DNA of 64,000 bases from the NCBI GenBank assembly GCA_965243125.1, contig OZ251529.1:1346492-1410491 (forward strand), written 5' to 3'. Positions 47,782 through 55,613 of the stretch are shown here, piece after piece. The notes below the pieces were generated by a model, which saw only the letters and a program-made list of their open reading frames with translations, searched no databases and was not told the origin of the DNA. This DNA is from Dehalococcoidia bacterium. GTDB taxonomy: Bacteria; Chloroflexota; Dehalococcoidia; Bin125. A program made the position numbers and the translations under genes. Within the stretch, counting starts at the first letter, position 1. The number at the start of each line of letters is the position of its first letter.

Positions 47782-48726
47782 CTAGGCGACGGCGGGTTGG
47801 GGCGGGGCGCGGCGGCGTTTGCGGCGCTGCTTGCGTTGGTTGCGGCGGCGCTCGCGTCGGTTGGGTTTGGGCTGGTGGGTGAGGTTGGCGATGCGGGGCG
47901 CGAGGCGGCGGAGGGAGAGCGCGCCCCCCTCTGTGTCTCCCCCCAGGATGGGGGGAGAAAGGGAACGGTCTCCCGCCGCAATGGGAGGAGAAGGGAAATG
48001 GCCTTCCGCTGCGATGGGAGGAGAAGGGAAATGGTCTTCCGCTGCGATGGGGGGAGAAGGGAAAGGATCTTCCGCTGCGATGGGGGGAGAAGGGGGAAAG
48101 ACTCCCGCCGCGGCGGGGGAGAGAGGGAGTGAGGCTGCCGTCGGGACGGCGGCGGGAGCGGGGAACAGGTCTTCGACGGGGATGGGGGGAACGGAGATCG
48201 GGAGAGGGGGTGGTTCGGCGGGGGTGGCCGGGGTTTGAGCTTGGGGTTTGGCGGCGGGTTTGGGCTGTTTCCTGGCGCGACGGCGGGGGTAGGGGAGCCG
48301 CGGCCAGGGGAGGGCGGGGACGGGCAGGCTGGGCGCGCGCGGGGCGCGCGGGGTGGGCAGCGGGATGCTCGGGGCTCGGGGTGCGAAGCTGCGGGGGATG
48401 CGGATGATGCGCTTGAACAGGCCGATGGCGCAGCCCAGCAGGTGCAGGGCGGTCAGTTTGACCCGCTCGGACTTGCTGATGTCGGTGAGCTGGAAGAGCC
48501 GGTCTTTGAGCGATGAGTCGTAGCCCCGGTACTGGGCCAGCAGGAAGAGGGCGGAGAGGCGGTCCTGGTCGGAGTCGGCCTGCTCGGCGACCTGTTCGAG
48601 GATGCTGAGGTAGATGGGCTCGAAGTCGGCGGGGTCGCCGAGGTCCTCGTCGGCGGGCGGGGCGTGGTTGAGGATGCGGCCTCGCTCGTAGAGCCAGAGG
48701 AGGTGTTCGTGGTCGGTGGGGAGCAT
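47782..48726 (-). CDS. Hypothetical protein: helical N-terminus, Pro-rich linker, REP-derived 11-aa repeats, basic tail
   Basis: Good codon bias over the first ~110 codons; PSPPIAAE repeats; NRRERRRNQRKQRRK tail. Confidence 0.55.
   Translation of the reverse strand: MLPTDHEHLLWLYERGRILNHAPPADEDLGDPADFEPIYLSILEQVAEQADSDQDRLSALFLLAQYRGYDSSLKDRLFQLTDISKSERVKLTALHLLGCAIGLFKRIIRIPRSFAPRAPSIPLPTPRAPRAPSLPVPALPWPRLPYPRRRARKQPKPAAKPQAQTPATPAEPPPLPISVPPIPVEDLFPAPAAVPTAASLPLSPAAAGVFPPSPPIAAEDPFPSPPIAAEDHFPSPPIAAEGHFPSPPIAAGDRSLSPPILGGDTEGGALSLRRLAPRIANLTHQPKPNRRERRRNQRKQRRKRRRAPPQPAVA
47924..48130 (-). repeat. 33-bp tandem array (~5 degenerate units) ending in a complete family E palindrome
   Basis: Unit atgggaggagaagggaaatggccttccgctgcg on the + strand; terminal element matches 41107-41143. 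Confidence 0.85.
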
Positions 48727-48814
48727 GTGTGCGATGGTATGTGTACGGGTGTTCTGATTGCAAGTCTTGGGCGGGCTTGTGGTGTTGTTTGGGTTGCAGT
48801 TTGAGGGTTGGGGC

Positions 48815-49080
48815 GGCCGACCCCCCAGTCGCTGCGCGACAGCCCCCCTGCGTAGGGGGGCGATTCCGGAGCCCCCTGCGTGGGGGGCGGTTTCGGAGGG
48901 ACAGATCCCTGCGTAGGGGGGCGATTTCGGAGGGACAGGTCTCTGCGTGGGGGGAGGGCGGCCCCCCTCCCTTCTCCCCCCGCGACGGGGGGAGAAGGGA
49001 GGGGGCGATTTTGGAAGCGGAGGCCCTTGCGGAGGGGGCTGTCCGCTTCTAAGGGACTGGGGATGCGGCCGCCCCAGTCC
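48815..49080. repeat. Family D REP cluster: inverted complete copy 48815-48865, ~3 truncated copies to ~48955, palindrome 48961-49006, degenerate + copy ~49030
   Basis: Reverse complement matches 52137-52190. Confidence 0.8.
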
Positions 49081-49083
49081 CCG

Positions 49084-51858
49084 TCACTCCTCCGCCAAAT
49101 CCCCCACCTCCGCCGTCGCCACCGTCGGCGCACCGGCCTCGGGCAGCGCGATGTGAATCTCCTGCACGAGCCGCCCGAGGTAGCGATCGACAACAGTGAG
49201 CCGCAGGGCATACACTCCGGACGGAAGCCCGGATGTGTCCCAGCGGGCCAGAACCCCGGATTCGACCGGTGCTTCACGCTCCACGATCACGATCGGCTCC
49301 GCGCCCTCTGCGATCCGGATCGCCGTGAGCGTCCAGCGCTCCTGCTCGCCGCTCGCGGCCCGGCCCGTGACCAACAGCGGCCCGCGCGCCACGACCGCCC
49401 CGTCGAGCGGCGCATCGAGCCGCAGCGGAGCGTTCGTTTCGTTCGTCGTGCCCGGCCGCAACCAGGCGACGTAATTCTCGCGCAGCCAGGCGACCGCGGC
49501 CGGATCGTCGTCGGGCGGCTGAAGCCAGTAGCCCTCCTGCACGAACGCGGCGGGCGTCTGCTCCGTCGCCGTCTGCAGCGTGCGGCGGTCCAGCTCCGCC
49601 TCCACGCAGACGCCGTTTTCGAGCGGCGGAGCGACGCGCACGCTGATGAAGACCTCTTCGACGACGCGGTTGCAGCCGCCGCGCAGCTCGCCTTCGCCTC
49701 GCCAAAGCGGGATCTGCGGCACGTAGACCTCGGCGAAGTGCATCCCCGCGGGCGCTTCAAACGTCTCGGCTTCCAGGCCGGCGTGGGCGGCCAGCATCAC
49801 GTTGCGCCAGATCAACCCGGCGGTGCGCGAGGATGAGCCCCCGGTCATCGGCTCGTTGTCCGCGTTGCCGACCCACACGCCCACGGTCAGCTGCGGCGTG
49901 TAGCCGATCGTCCAGTAATCGATCCGCACATCATTCTGCCCGGGGTCGCCGGCGGTGCCGGTTTTGGCCGCCGCGGGGCGGTCCAGCACGAGGTTGCTCT
50001 GCAAGCCGTAGAGCAGCGAGCGGGCCTGGTTGTCGCTCAGGATGTGCGTGATCTGGTAGCTCTGCTGCGGGCGCGCGACCGCGCGCTGCTCCGGCTGCTC
50101 GAAGCGGTAGACCACCTCTCCCCGCGCGTCGCGCACCTCCAGAATCGCCACCGGATCCAGCGCCCGGTAGTCGTTGGGCAAGTCGCGCAGCGTGGGCTGC
50201 CCGCGCATCACGCCGTTCTGCGAGATCGCCGCATAGGCGTAGGCCATATCCAGCAGCGAAACCTCGCCGCCCCCCAGCGTGATCGCGGGACCGTAGTTGG
50301 CCGGATCGTGCATCGTCGTGATGCCCAGCTGATGCAGCGTGTCCAGCAGATACGGCACGCCGACCTGCGCCGCCACCCGGAAGGCCGGAATGTTCATCGA
50401 ATTGGCGAGCGCGCTGCGCAGGCTGACCGGCCCCCGGAAGCGCTCGTCGAAGTTGGTCGGTTCAAAGACCGTCCCGTCGAACTCCTCCCAGCGCGTCGGC
50501 ACATCCCAGATCACCGCGCCCGGGTGCCAGGTGCGCGGATCGAGCTGAAATGCGGCCAGATAGGTGAGCGGCTTAATCGAGGAACCGGGCGAATGCAGCG
50601 CGGTGGCGAGGTTGACCTGCCCATCGAGTTCCTCCGCGAAGAAGTCGCGGCTGCCGACCATCGCGCGGATTGCGCCCGTGGCCGGATCCAGCGCCACCAA
50701 CGATCCGTTGTGCGCGCCCGTGGCTTCCTCAAATCCGGCGATCCCCCGCTCCAGCTCGCGCTCCGCCAGCCGCTGGAGCCCCATGTCGAGCGCGGTCGTG
50801 ATCCGCAGCCCGCCGCTCGAGAGCAGACCCTCGCAGCCCGCCACCGAGTCCGGCACCGGTATCTGCCCGCGTTCGCACAGCGCCAACAGCTCGTCCTGCA
50901 CGTAGAGCACGAAATGCGGCGCGGCGATCTCAAACTCCTTCGAGTCGAATTCGAGCGGCGCGAACTTGGCCGCCTCGGCCTCCGCCTGGCTGATGTAGCC
51001 GTGCCGCACCATCAGATCGAGCACCGCCGCCTGACGCCGCTTGCCCCGCTCGTAGTGCTCAATCGGGTTGTAGAGCGAGGGCGCCTGCGGCAGCCCCGCC
51101 AGCATCGCCGCCTCGGCCAGCGACAGCTCCGCCGGCGGCTTGCCGAAATAGCGCTGGCTCGCCGCGCCGATCCCGTACGAGAAATTGCCGTAGAAAATGC
51201 TGTTCAGGTACCACTCCAGGATCTGTTCCTTGGAGTATTCGCCCGTCAGCTCCGTCGCCAGAATGGTCTCCTTGATCTTGCCCCGCACCCGCTGAATCGT
51301 CCGCCCGCTCCGCTCCTCAACCGGGATCAGCACGTTCTTGACCAGCTGCTGCGTGATCGAAGAGCCGCCCGAGCCGCCCAGAAAGTCGGAGCTGCCCACC
51401 CCGAAGTTCTCCCACGCCGCCCGCGCCAGGCCGCGCAGATTCAAGCCTTCGTTCGTCCAGAACGAAGCGTCCTCCGTCGCCACCGTGGCGTCGATCATGT
51501 ACTGCGAGACTTCCCGCAGGCGGACGGGGTCGCTCAGCCCAGTGAGCGGGTCCGCGAACTCGAAGAGCAGCGCGCCGGCTGCCCCGTTGCGGTCGAAAAT
51601 CCGGCTGGTGCCGAGCGAGCGCTGCGTATCCACGATCGCGTCCGGCTCGACCAGCTCATCCGCGAAGCCGCGGTAGACGCTGTACGCCGCGCCGGCCCCG
51701 ATGGCGATCAGCAGGGCGGCGAGCAGCATCGCCGCTGCGCCGCTCCACAACCACGGCCGCGCCCCCGACGGTCGGACGCTTTGCTCGCGCCGCCGCCGAC
51801 GCGCAAGCACCAATCGCCGCCGCGCCCGCCGCGCGGAGTCCCCGCTCCAGTCAGTCAC
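49084..51858 (-). CDS. Class A penicillin-binding protein (transglycosylase/transpeptidase, PBP1A/1C-like) with C-terminal beta-rich domain
   Basis: VATED, GGSSITQQLVKN, SSIK (SxxK), SMN, KTGT; start (GTG 51858) uncertain. Confidence 0.92.
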   Translation of the reverse strand: MTDWSGDSARRARRRLVLARRRRREQSVRPSGARPWLWSGAAAMLLAALLIAIGAGAAYSVYRGFADELVEPDAIVDTQRSLGTSRIFDRNGAAGALLFEFADPLTGLSDPVRLREVSQYMIDATVATEDASFWTNEGLNLRGLARAAWENFGVGSSDFLGGSGGSSITQQLVKNVLIPVEERSGRTIQRVRGKIKETILATELTGEYSKEQILEWYLNSIFYGNFSYGIGAASQRYFGKPPAELSLAEAAMLAGLPQAPSLYNPIEHYERGKRRQAAVLDLMVRHGYISQAEAEAAKFAPLEFDSKEFEIAAPHFVLYVQDELLALCERGQIPVPDSVAGCEGLLSSGGLRITTALDMGLQRLAERELERGIAGFEEATGAHNGSLVALDPATGAIRAMVGSRDFFAEELDGQVNLATALHSPGSSIKPLTYLAAFQLDPRTWHPGAVIWDVPTRWEEFDGTVFEPTNFDERFRGPVSLRSALANSMNIPAFRVAAQVGVPYLLDTLHQLGITTMHDPANYGPAITLGGGEVSLLDMAYAYAAISQNGVMRGQPTLRDLPNDYRALDPVAILEVRDARGEVVYRFEQPEQRAVARPQQSYQITHILSDNQARSLLYGLQSNLVLDRPAAAKTGTAGDPGQNDVRIDYWTIGYTPQLTVGVWVGNADNEPMTGGSSSRTAGLIWRNVMLAAHAGLEAETFEAPAGMHFAEVYVPQIPLWRGEGELRGGCNRVVEEVFISVRVAPPLENGVCVEAELDRRTLQTATEQTPAAFVQEGYWLQPPDDDPAAVAWLRENYVAWLRPGTTNETNAPLRLDAPLDGAVVARGPLLVTGRAASGEQERWTLTAIRIAEGAEPIVIVEREAPVESGVLARWDTSGLPSGVYALRLTVVDRYLGRLVQEIHIALPEAGAPTVATAEVGDLAEE

Positions 51859-51922
51859 GATGTCGCCCGTCGAGCTGCTCCCGCCGCCGCCTCCACCGTA
51901 CCCCAACCGTCCCTCTCCGGGA

Positions 51923-52190
51923 TCGCCCCCCTACGCATGAGAGCTGTCCGCTCCGCAGTCGCCCCCCTACGCATGAGGGCTGTCCGCTCCGCAATCGCCC
52001 CCCTACGCATGAGGGCTGTCCGCTCCGCAGTCGCCCCCCTACGCATGAGGGCTGTCCGCTCCGCAGTCGCCCCCCTACGCATGAGAGCTGTCCGCTCCGC
52101 AATCGCCCCCCTACGCATGAGGGCTGTCCGCTCCGCAATCGCCCCCCTATGCAGGGGGGCTGTCCGCGCAAGCGGACTGGGGGGTCGGCC
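51923..52190 (+). repeat. 36-bp tandem array (6 near-identical units) ending in a complete family D element
   Basis: Unit tcgcccccctacgcatgagrgctgtccgctccgcar; no spacers. Confidence 0.95.
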
Positions 52191-52242
52191 TCCCCCCACC
52201 CCGTCACCCGCATATACTCCCTCCCGTGAGGTCCCACGCAGC

Positions 52243-52572
52243 ATGACCGACTCCCAGCCTTCCCCGAACAACGCCCCCGATGCGTTCACCGCCGAGCAGG
52301 TGCAACACCTGGCGATGCTGGCTCGCATCGGCATGACGACGCAGGAGGTTGAAGGGTTCCGCGCCGAACTGGACAGCATCCTCAGCCACATCCAGGCGCT
52401 GGCCGCCGTCGACACCGACGGCGTGCCGCCCACGGCCAACGGAGCCGACCTGCTCAACGTGCAGGCCGAAGACGCCGCCCGCCCCTCGCTGCCCGTGGAA
52501 GCAGTGTTGGCTAACGCCCCGCAGCGTGAGGCCGACTACTTTCGCGTCCAGGCCGTGCTCGAGTCATCGTGA
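52243..52572 (+). CDS. gatC: Asp-tRNA(Asn)/Glu-tRNA(Gln) amidotransferase subunit C
   Basis: VQHLAMLARI, VDTDGVPPT, LANAP, YFRVQAVL; directly upstream of gatA. Confidence 0.92.
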   Translation: MTDSQPSPNNAPDAFTAEQVQHLAMLARIGMTTQEVEGFRAELDSILSHIQALAAVDTDGVPPTANGADLLNVQAEDAARPSLPVEAVLANAPQREADYFRVQAVLESS

Positions 52573-54083
52573 TCGCGAACGAACCCGACGGCTGGCTGAC
52601 CATCGCCGAGGCGGCTGCACGGCTGCGCAGCGGCGAGGTCGCGTCCACCGAGCTCACCCGCGCCGCCCTGGAGCGCATCCGCGCCACCGACGCGGAGGTG
52701 CGCGCGTTCATCACCGTGACCGAGGAACAGGCGCTAGAGGTGGCCGCGCAGGCCGACGATCTGCTCCGCGCGGGCGACGCGCCCAGCCCGCTGACCGGGG
52801 TGCCGATCGCGCTCAAGGATGTGCTCATGACGGAAGGCGTCCGCACCACGGCCGGCTCGCGGATGCTGGACGACCTGACGCCGCCCTACGACGCAACGAG
52901 CGTCGCGCGGCTGCGGGCGGCGGGGGCGGTCTCCGTCGGCAAGACCAACATGGACGAGTTCGCCATGGGCTCGTCGACCGAGCACTCCGCCTGGTTCTCC
53001 ACCGCCAATCCCTGGGATCTGGCGCGCGTCCCGGGCGGCTCCTCCGGCGGCTCCGCCGCCGCCGTGGCCGCGGGCCAATGCGTCGCCTCGCTGGGCTCCG
53101 ACACGGGCGGCTCAATTCGCCAGCCCGCCGCCTTCTGCGGCGTCGTCGGCTTGAAGCCAACCTACGGCCGTGTCAGCCGCTACGGCCTGATCGCCTTCGC
53201 CAGCTCGCTCGACCAGATCGGCCCCTTTACCCACACAGTGGAAGACGCCGCGCTACTGCTGCAAGCGATCGCGGGGCCGGATCCGCTGGATTCGACGTGC
53301 AGCGATGAGCCGACCCCGGATTTCGCCGCCCAGCTGGGCGAAGGTTTGGACGGCTTGCGGATCGCCGCGCCGCGCCAGTTCTTCGAGCGCAATGACGACG
53401 GACACAATGACGACGGACACGGAATGGATGAGGGCGTCGCAGCGGCGGTGGAGCGGGCGCTGGAGCTGCTGGCGGGCGCGGGCGCGGGCCTTGACCGCGG
53501 GGCGTCGCTGCCCTCCGTCGGCTACTCGCTGCCCGTCTATTACGTGCTCGCTCCCTCGGAGTGTTCCGCCAACCTCGCCCGCTACGACGGTGTCAAGTAC
53601 GGCTACGCCGCCCGCGGCGGCGAGAGCATGTGGGACGACATGGAAACAACCCGCCAGCACGGCTTCGGCGCGGAGGTGAAGCGCCGCATCCTGCTCGGCG
53701 CATACGCGCTCTCCGCCGGCTACTACGACGCCTACTACCTCCAGGCCCAGAAGGTGCGCACCATCATCCGCCGCGAGTTCGACGCCGTCTTCGAGCAGGC
53801 GGACCTGATCGTCGCGCCGGCCACGCCGACGGTGGCGTTTCGACAGGGCGAAATCACCGACCCGTACCAGATGTACCTCAACGACATCTACACGATCCCC
53901 GCCAACATCGCGGGTTTGCCGGCGATCTCGCTGCCCTGCGGCTTCGCAGAGGCGGGCATGCCCGTCGGCCTACAGCTGATCGCGAATCGCGACCAGGAAC
54001 CCCTGCTCCTCCGCGCCGCCCACGCCTTCGAGCAGCTCGGCGATTGGTCCGCCCGGCGCCCGCCGCTCGCAGCCGCAGGCTGA
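52569..54083 (+). CDS. gatA: Asp-tRNA(Asn)/Glu-tRNA(Gln) amidotransferase subunit A
   Basis: GKTNMDEFAMGSSTE, PGGSSGGS, GSDTGGSIRQPA, NLARYDG, GYYDAYYLQAQKVR. Confidence 0.97.
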   Translation: MIANEPDGWLTIAEAAARLRSGEVASTELTRAALERIRATDAEVRAFITVTEEQALEVAAQADDLLRAGDAPSPLTGVPIALKDVLMTEGVRTTAGSRMLDDLTPPYDATSVARLRAAGAVSVGKTNMDEFAMGSSTEHSAWFSTANPWDLARVPGGSSGGSAAAVAAGQCVASLGSDTGGSIRQPAAFCGVVGLKPTYGRVSRYGLIAFASSLDQIGPFTHTVEDAALLLQAIAGPDPLDSTCSDEPTPDFAAQLGEGLDGLRIAAPRQFFERNDDGHNDDGHGMDEGVAAAVERALELLAGAGAGLDRGASLPSVGYSLPVYYVLAPSECSANLARYDGVKYGYAARGGESMWDDMETTRQHGFGAEVKRRILLGAYALSAGYYDAYYLQAQKVRTIIRREFDAVFEQADLIVAPATPTVAFRQGEITDPYQMYLNDIYTIPANIAGLPAISLPCGFAEAGMPVGLQLIANRDQEPLLLRAAHAFEQLGDWSARRPPLAAAG

Positions 54084-54182
54084 ACGGCAAGCTCCCCCAA
54101 GCATCAACCGCCCCATGCGCTATCCTCTGCCTGCGCGCCGAATTCAGGCGCAGTCCGAACATCTGCGAGGAGGCGGAATTCC

Positions 54183-55049
54183 GTGCAAGCCGTCAAATAT
54201 GTCCGCGCCGCCAGCGTGGAAGAGGCGTCGCGCCTGCTGCTGGAGGGCGGCGCGGGCGCTCGCGTGCTGGCCGGCGGCACCGATGTGATCGTCCAGGCCC
54301 GCGAACGCACCCGCGACATCGACCTGTTCGTCGATGTCAAGCACATCCCCGAGGTGATGGCGCTCTCCTACGACGCCGCCGACGGCCTGACGATCGGCGC
54401 GGCCACGCCGTGCTACGAGATCTACGGCAACGAGACGGTGCGCGACCTCTACCCGTCGCTGGTCGACTCGACCTCGCTGATCGGCGGCACGGCCATCCAG
54501 GGCCGCGCCAGCCTGGGCGGGAACCTCTGCAACTCCTCGCCCGCCGCCGACGGCATTCCGACGCTGATCGTGCTGGAGGCGACCGTCGAGATCGCCGGCC
54601 CCAACGGACGCCGCAGCGTGGCCGTGGAGGACTTCTGCACTGCGCCCGGGCGCAACGTGCTCGACGCCGGCGAGTTCGTCGTCTCGCTCAACTTTCCCGC
54701 GCCGGCCGCCGGCAGCGGCGCGCGCTTCCTGCGCTTCATCCCCCGCAACGAGATGGACATCGCGGTGACCAACGCGGCGACGCAGCTGCGGATCGAAAAC
54801 GGCTCGGTCGCCTGGGCGCGCGTCGCGATCGGCGCGGTCGCCCCGACCCCGCTGCTGGTCGCCGCCGCCGCCGCCGCGCTGGTCGGGCAGCCGCTCAGCG
54901 AGGACACGATCGCCGCCGCGGCGGCGGCCTCCCGCGCCGCCGCCAACCCGATCGACGACATGCGCGGCTCGATCCGCCAGCGCGTGCATCTGGCCGGTGT
55001 GCTGACCGAGCGCACCATTCGCCAGGCCGCCGAGCGCGCCGCCGCCTGA
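54183..55049 (+). CDS. Xanthine dehydrogenase-family FAD-binding (medium) subunit
   Basis: LAGGTD, ASLGGNLCNSSPAAD, PIDDMRGS. Confidence 0.92.
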   Translation: MQAVKYVRAASVEEASRLLLEGGAGARVLAGGTDVIVQARERTRDIDLFVDVKHIPEVMALSYDAADGLTIGAATPCYEIYGNETVRDLYPSLVDSTSLIGGTAIQGRASLGGNLCNSSPAADGIPTLIVLEATVEIAGPNGRRSVAVEDFCTAPGRNVLDAGEFVVSLNFPAPAAGSGARFLRFIPRNEMDIAVTNAATQLRIENGSVAWARVAIGAVAPTPLLVAAAAAALVGQPLSEDTIAAAAAASRAAANPIDDMRGSIRQRVHLAGVLTERTIRQAAERAAA

Positions 55050-55090
55050 CACCGACAGCAGGACGAGGACCCACTGAGGAGGGCCGCATC

Positions 55091-55561
55091 GTGAGCGAAC
55101 ACATCGTCGTCAATACCACCATCAACGGCGAGCCGACCGTCTTTCTGGCCAACGAGCGCGACAGCCTGCTTGAAGCGCTGCGCGACCGCATCGGCCTGAC
55201 CGGCGCCAAAGAGGGCTGCAACAACGGCAACTGCGGCGCGTGCTGCGTCAACCTCGATGGGCGGATCGTCAACTCCTGCCTGGTGATGGCCGCCGAAGTC
55301 GAGGGCGCCGAGGTGCGCACGGTCGAGGGTCTGGCCGACGGCGACCAGCTCTCGCCGCTGCAGAACGCCTTCCTCGAGGAGGCCGCGCTCCAGTGCGGCA
55401 TCTGCACCCCCGGCTTCCTCGTCGCCGCCGAAGCCCTGCTCGAGCAGAACCCGCACCCTACCGAGCACGAAATCCGCTACTGGTTGGCCGGCAACCTCTG
55501 CCGCTGCACCGGCTACGACAAAATCATCCGCGCCGTGCAGCTGGCCGCCGACCGCGCCTAG
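55091..55561 (+). CDS. Xanthine dehydrogenase-family (2Fe-2S) small subunit
   Basis: GAKEGCNNGNCGAC, QCGICTPG, GNLCRCTGY. Confidence 0.94.
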   Translation: MSEHIVVNTTINGEPTVFLANERDSLLEALRDRIGLTGAKEGCNNGNCGACCVNLDGRIVNSCLVMAAEVEGAEVRTVEGLADGDQLSPLQNAFLEEAALQCGICTPGFLVAAEALLEQNPHPTEHEIRYWLAGNLCRCTGYDKIIRAVQLAADRA

Positions 55562-55613
55562 CCAGCCCACCACGCGCCCGCACCGAACCCGCCCACAGCG
55601 AAGGGACGCCCCG

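Noticed and set aside
47960-48130. Possible CRISPR array (33-bp repeats)
   Set aside because: It is a degenerate head-to-tail tandem repeat without spacers.
51923-52138. Possible CRISPR array (36-bp repeats)
   Set aside because: Units are directly adjacent with no unique spacers, there are no cas genes, and the unit is a truncated REP.
52243-54083. Missing gatB as an anomaly
   Set aside because: gatB is often encoded separately from gatCA, so this cannot be judged from one window.
54084-54182. Moco/Wco riboswitch ahead of the molybdo-enzyme operon
   Set aside because: Only a short hairpin and a TATCCT -10-like hexamer are visible, and the region is too short for the multi-stem motif.
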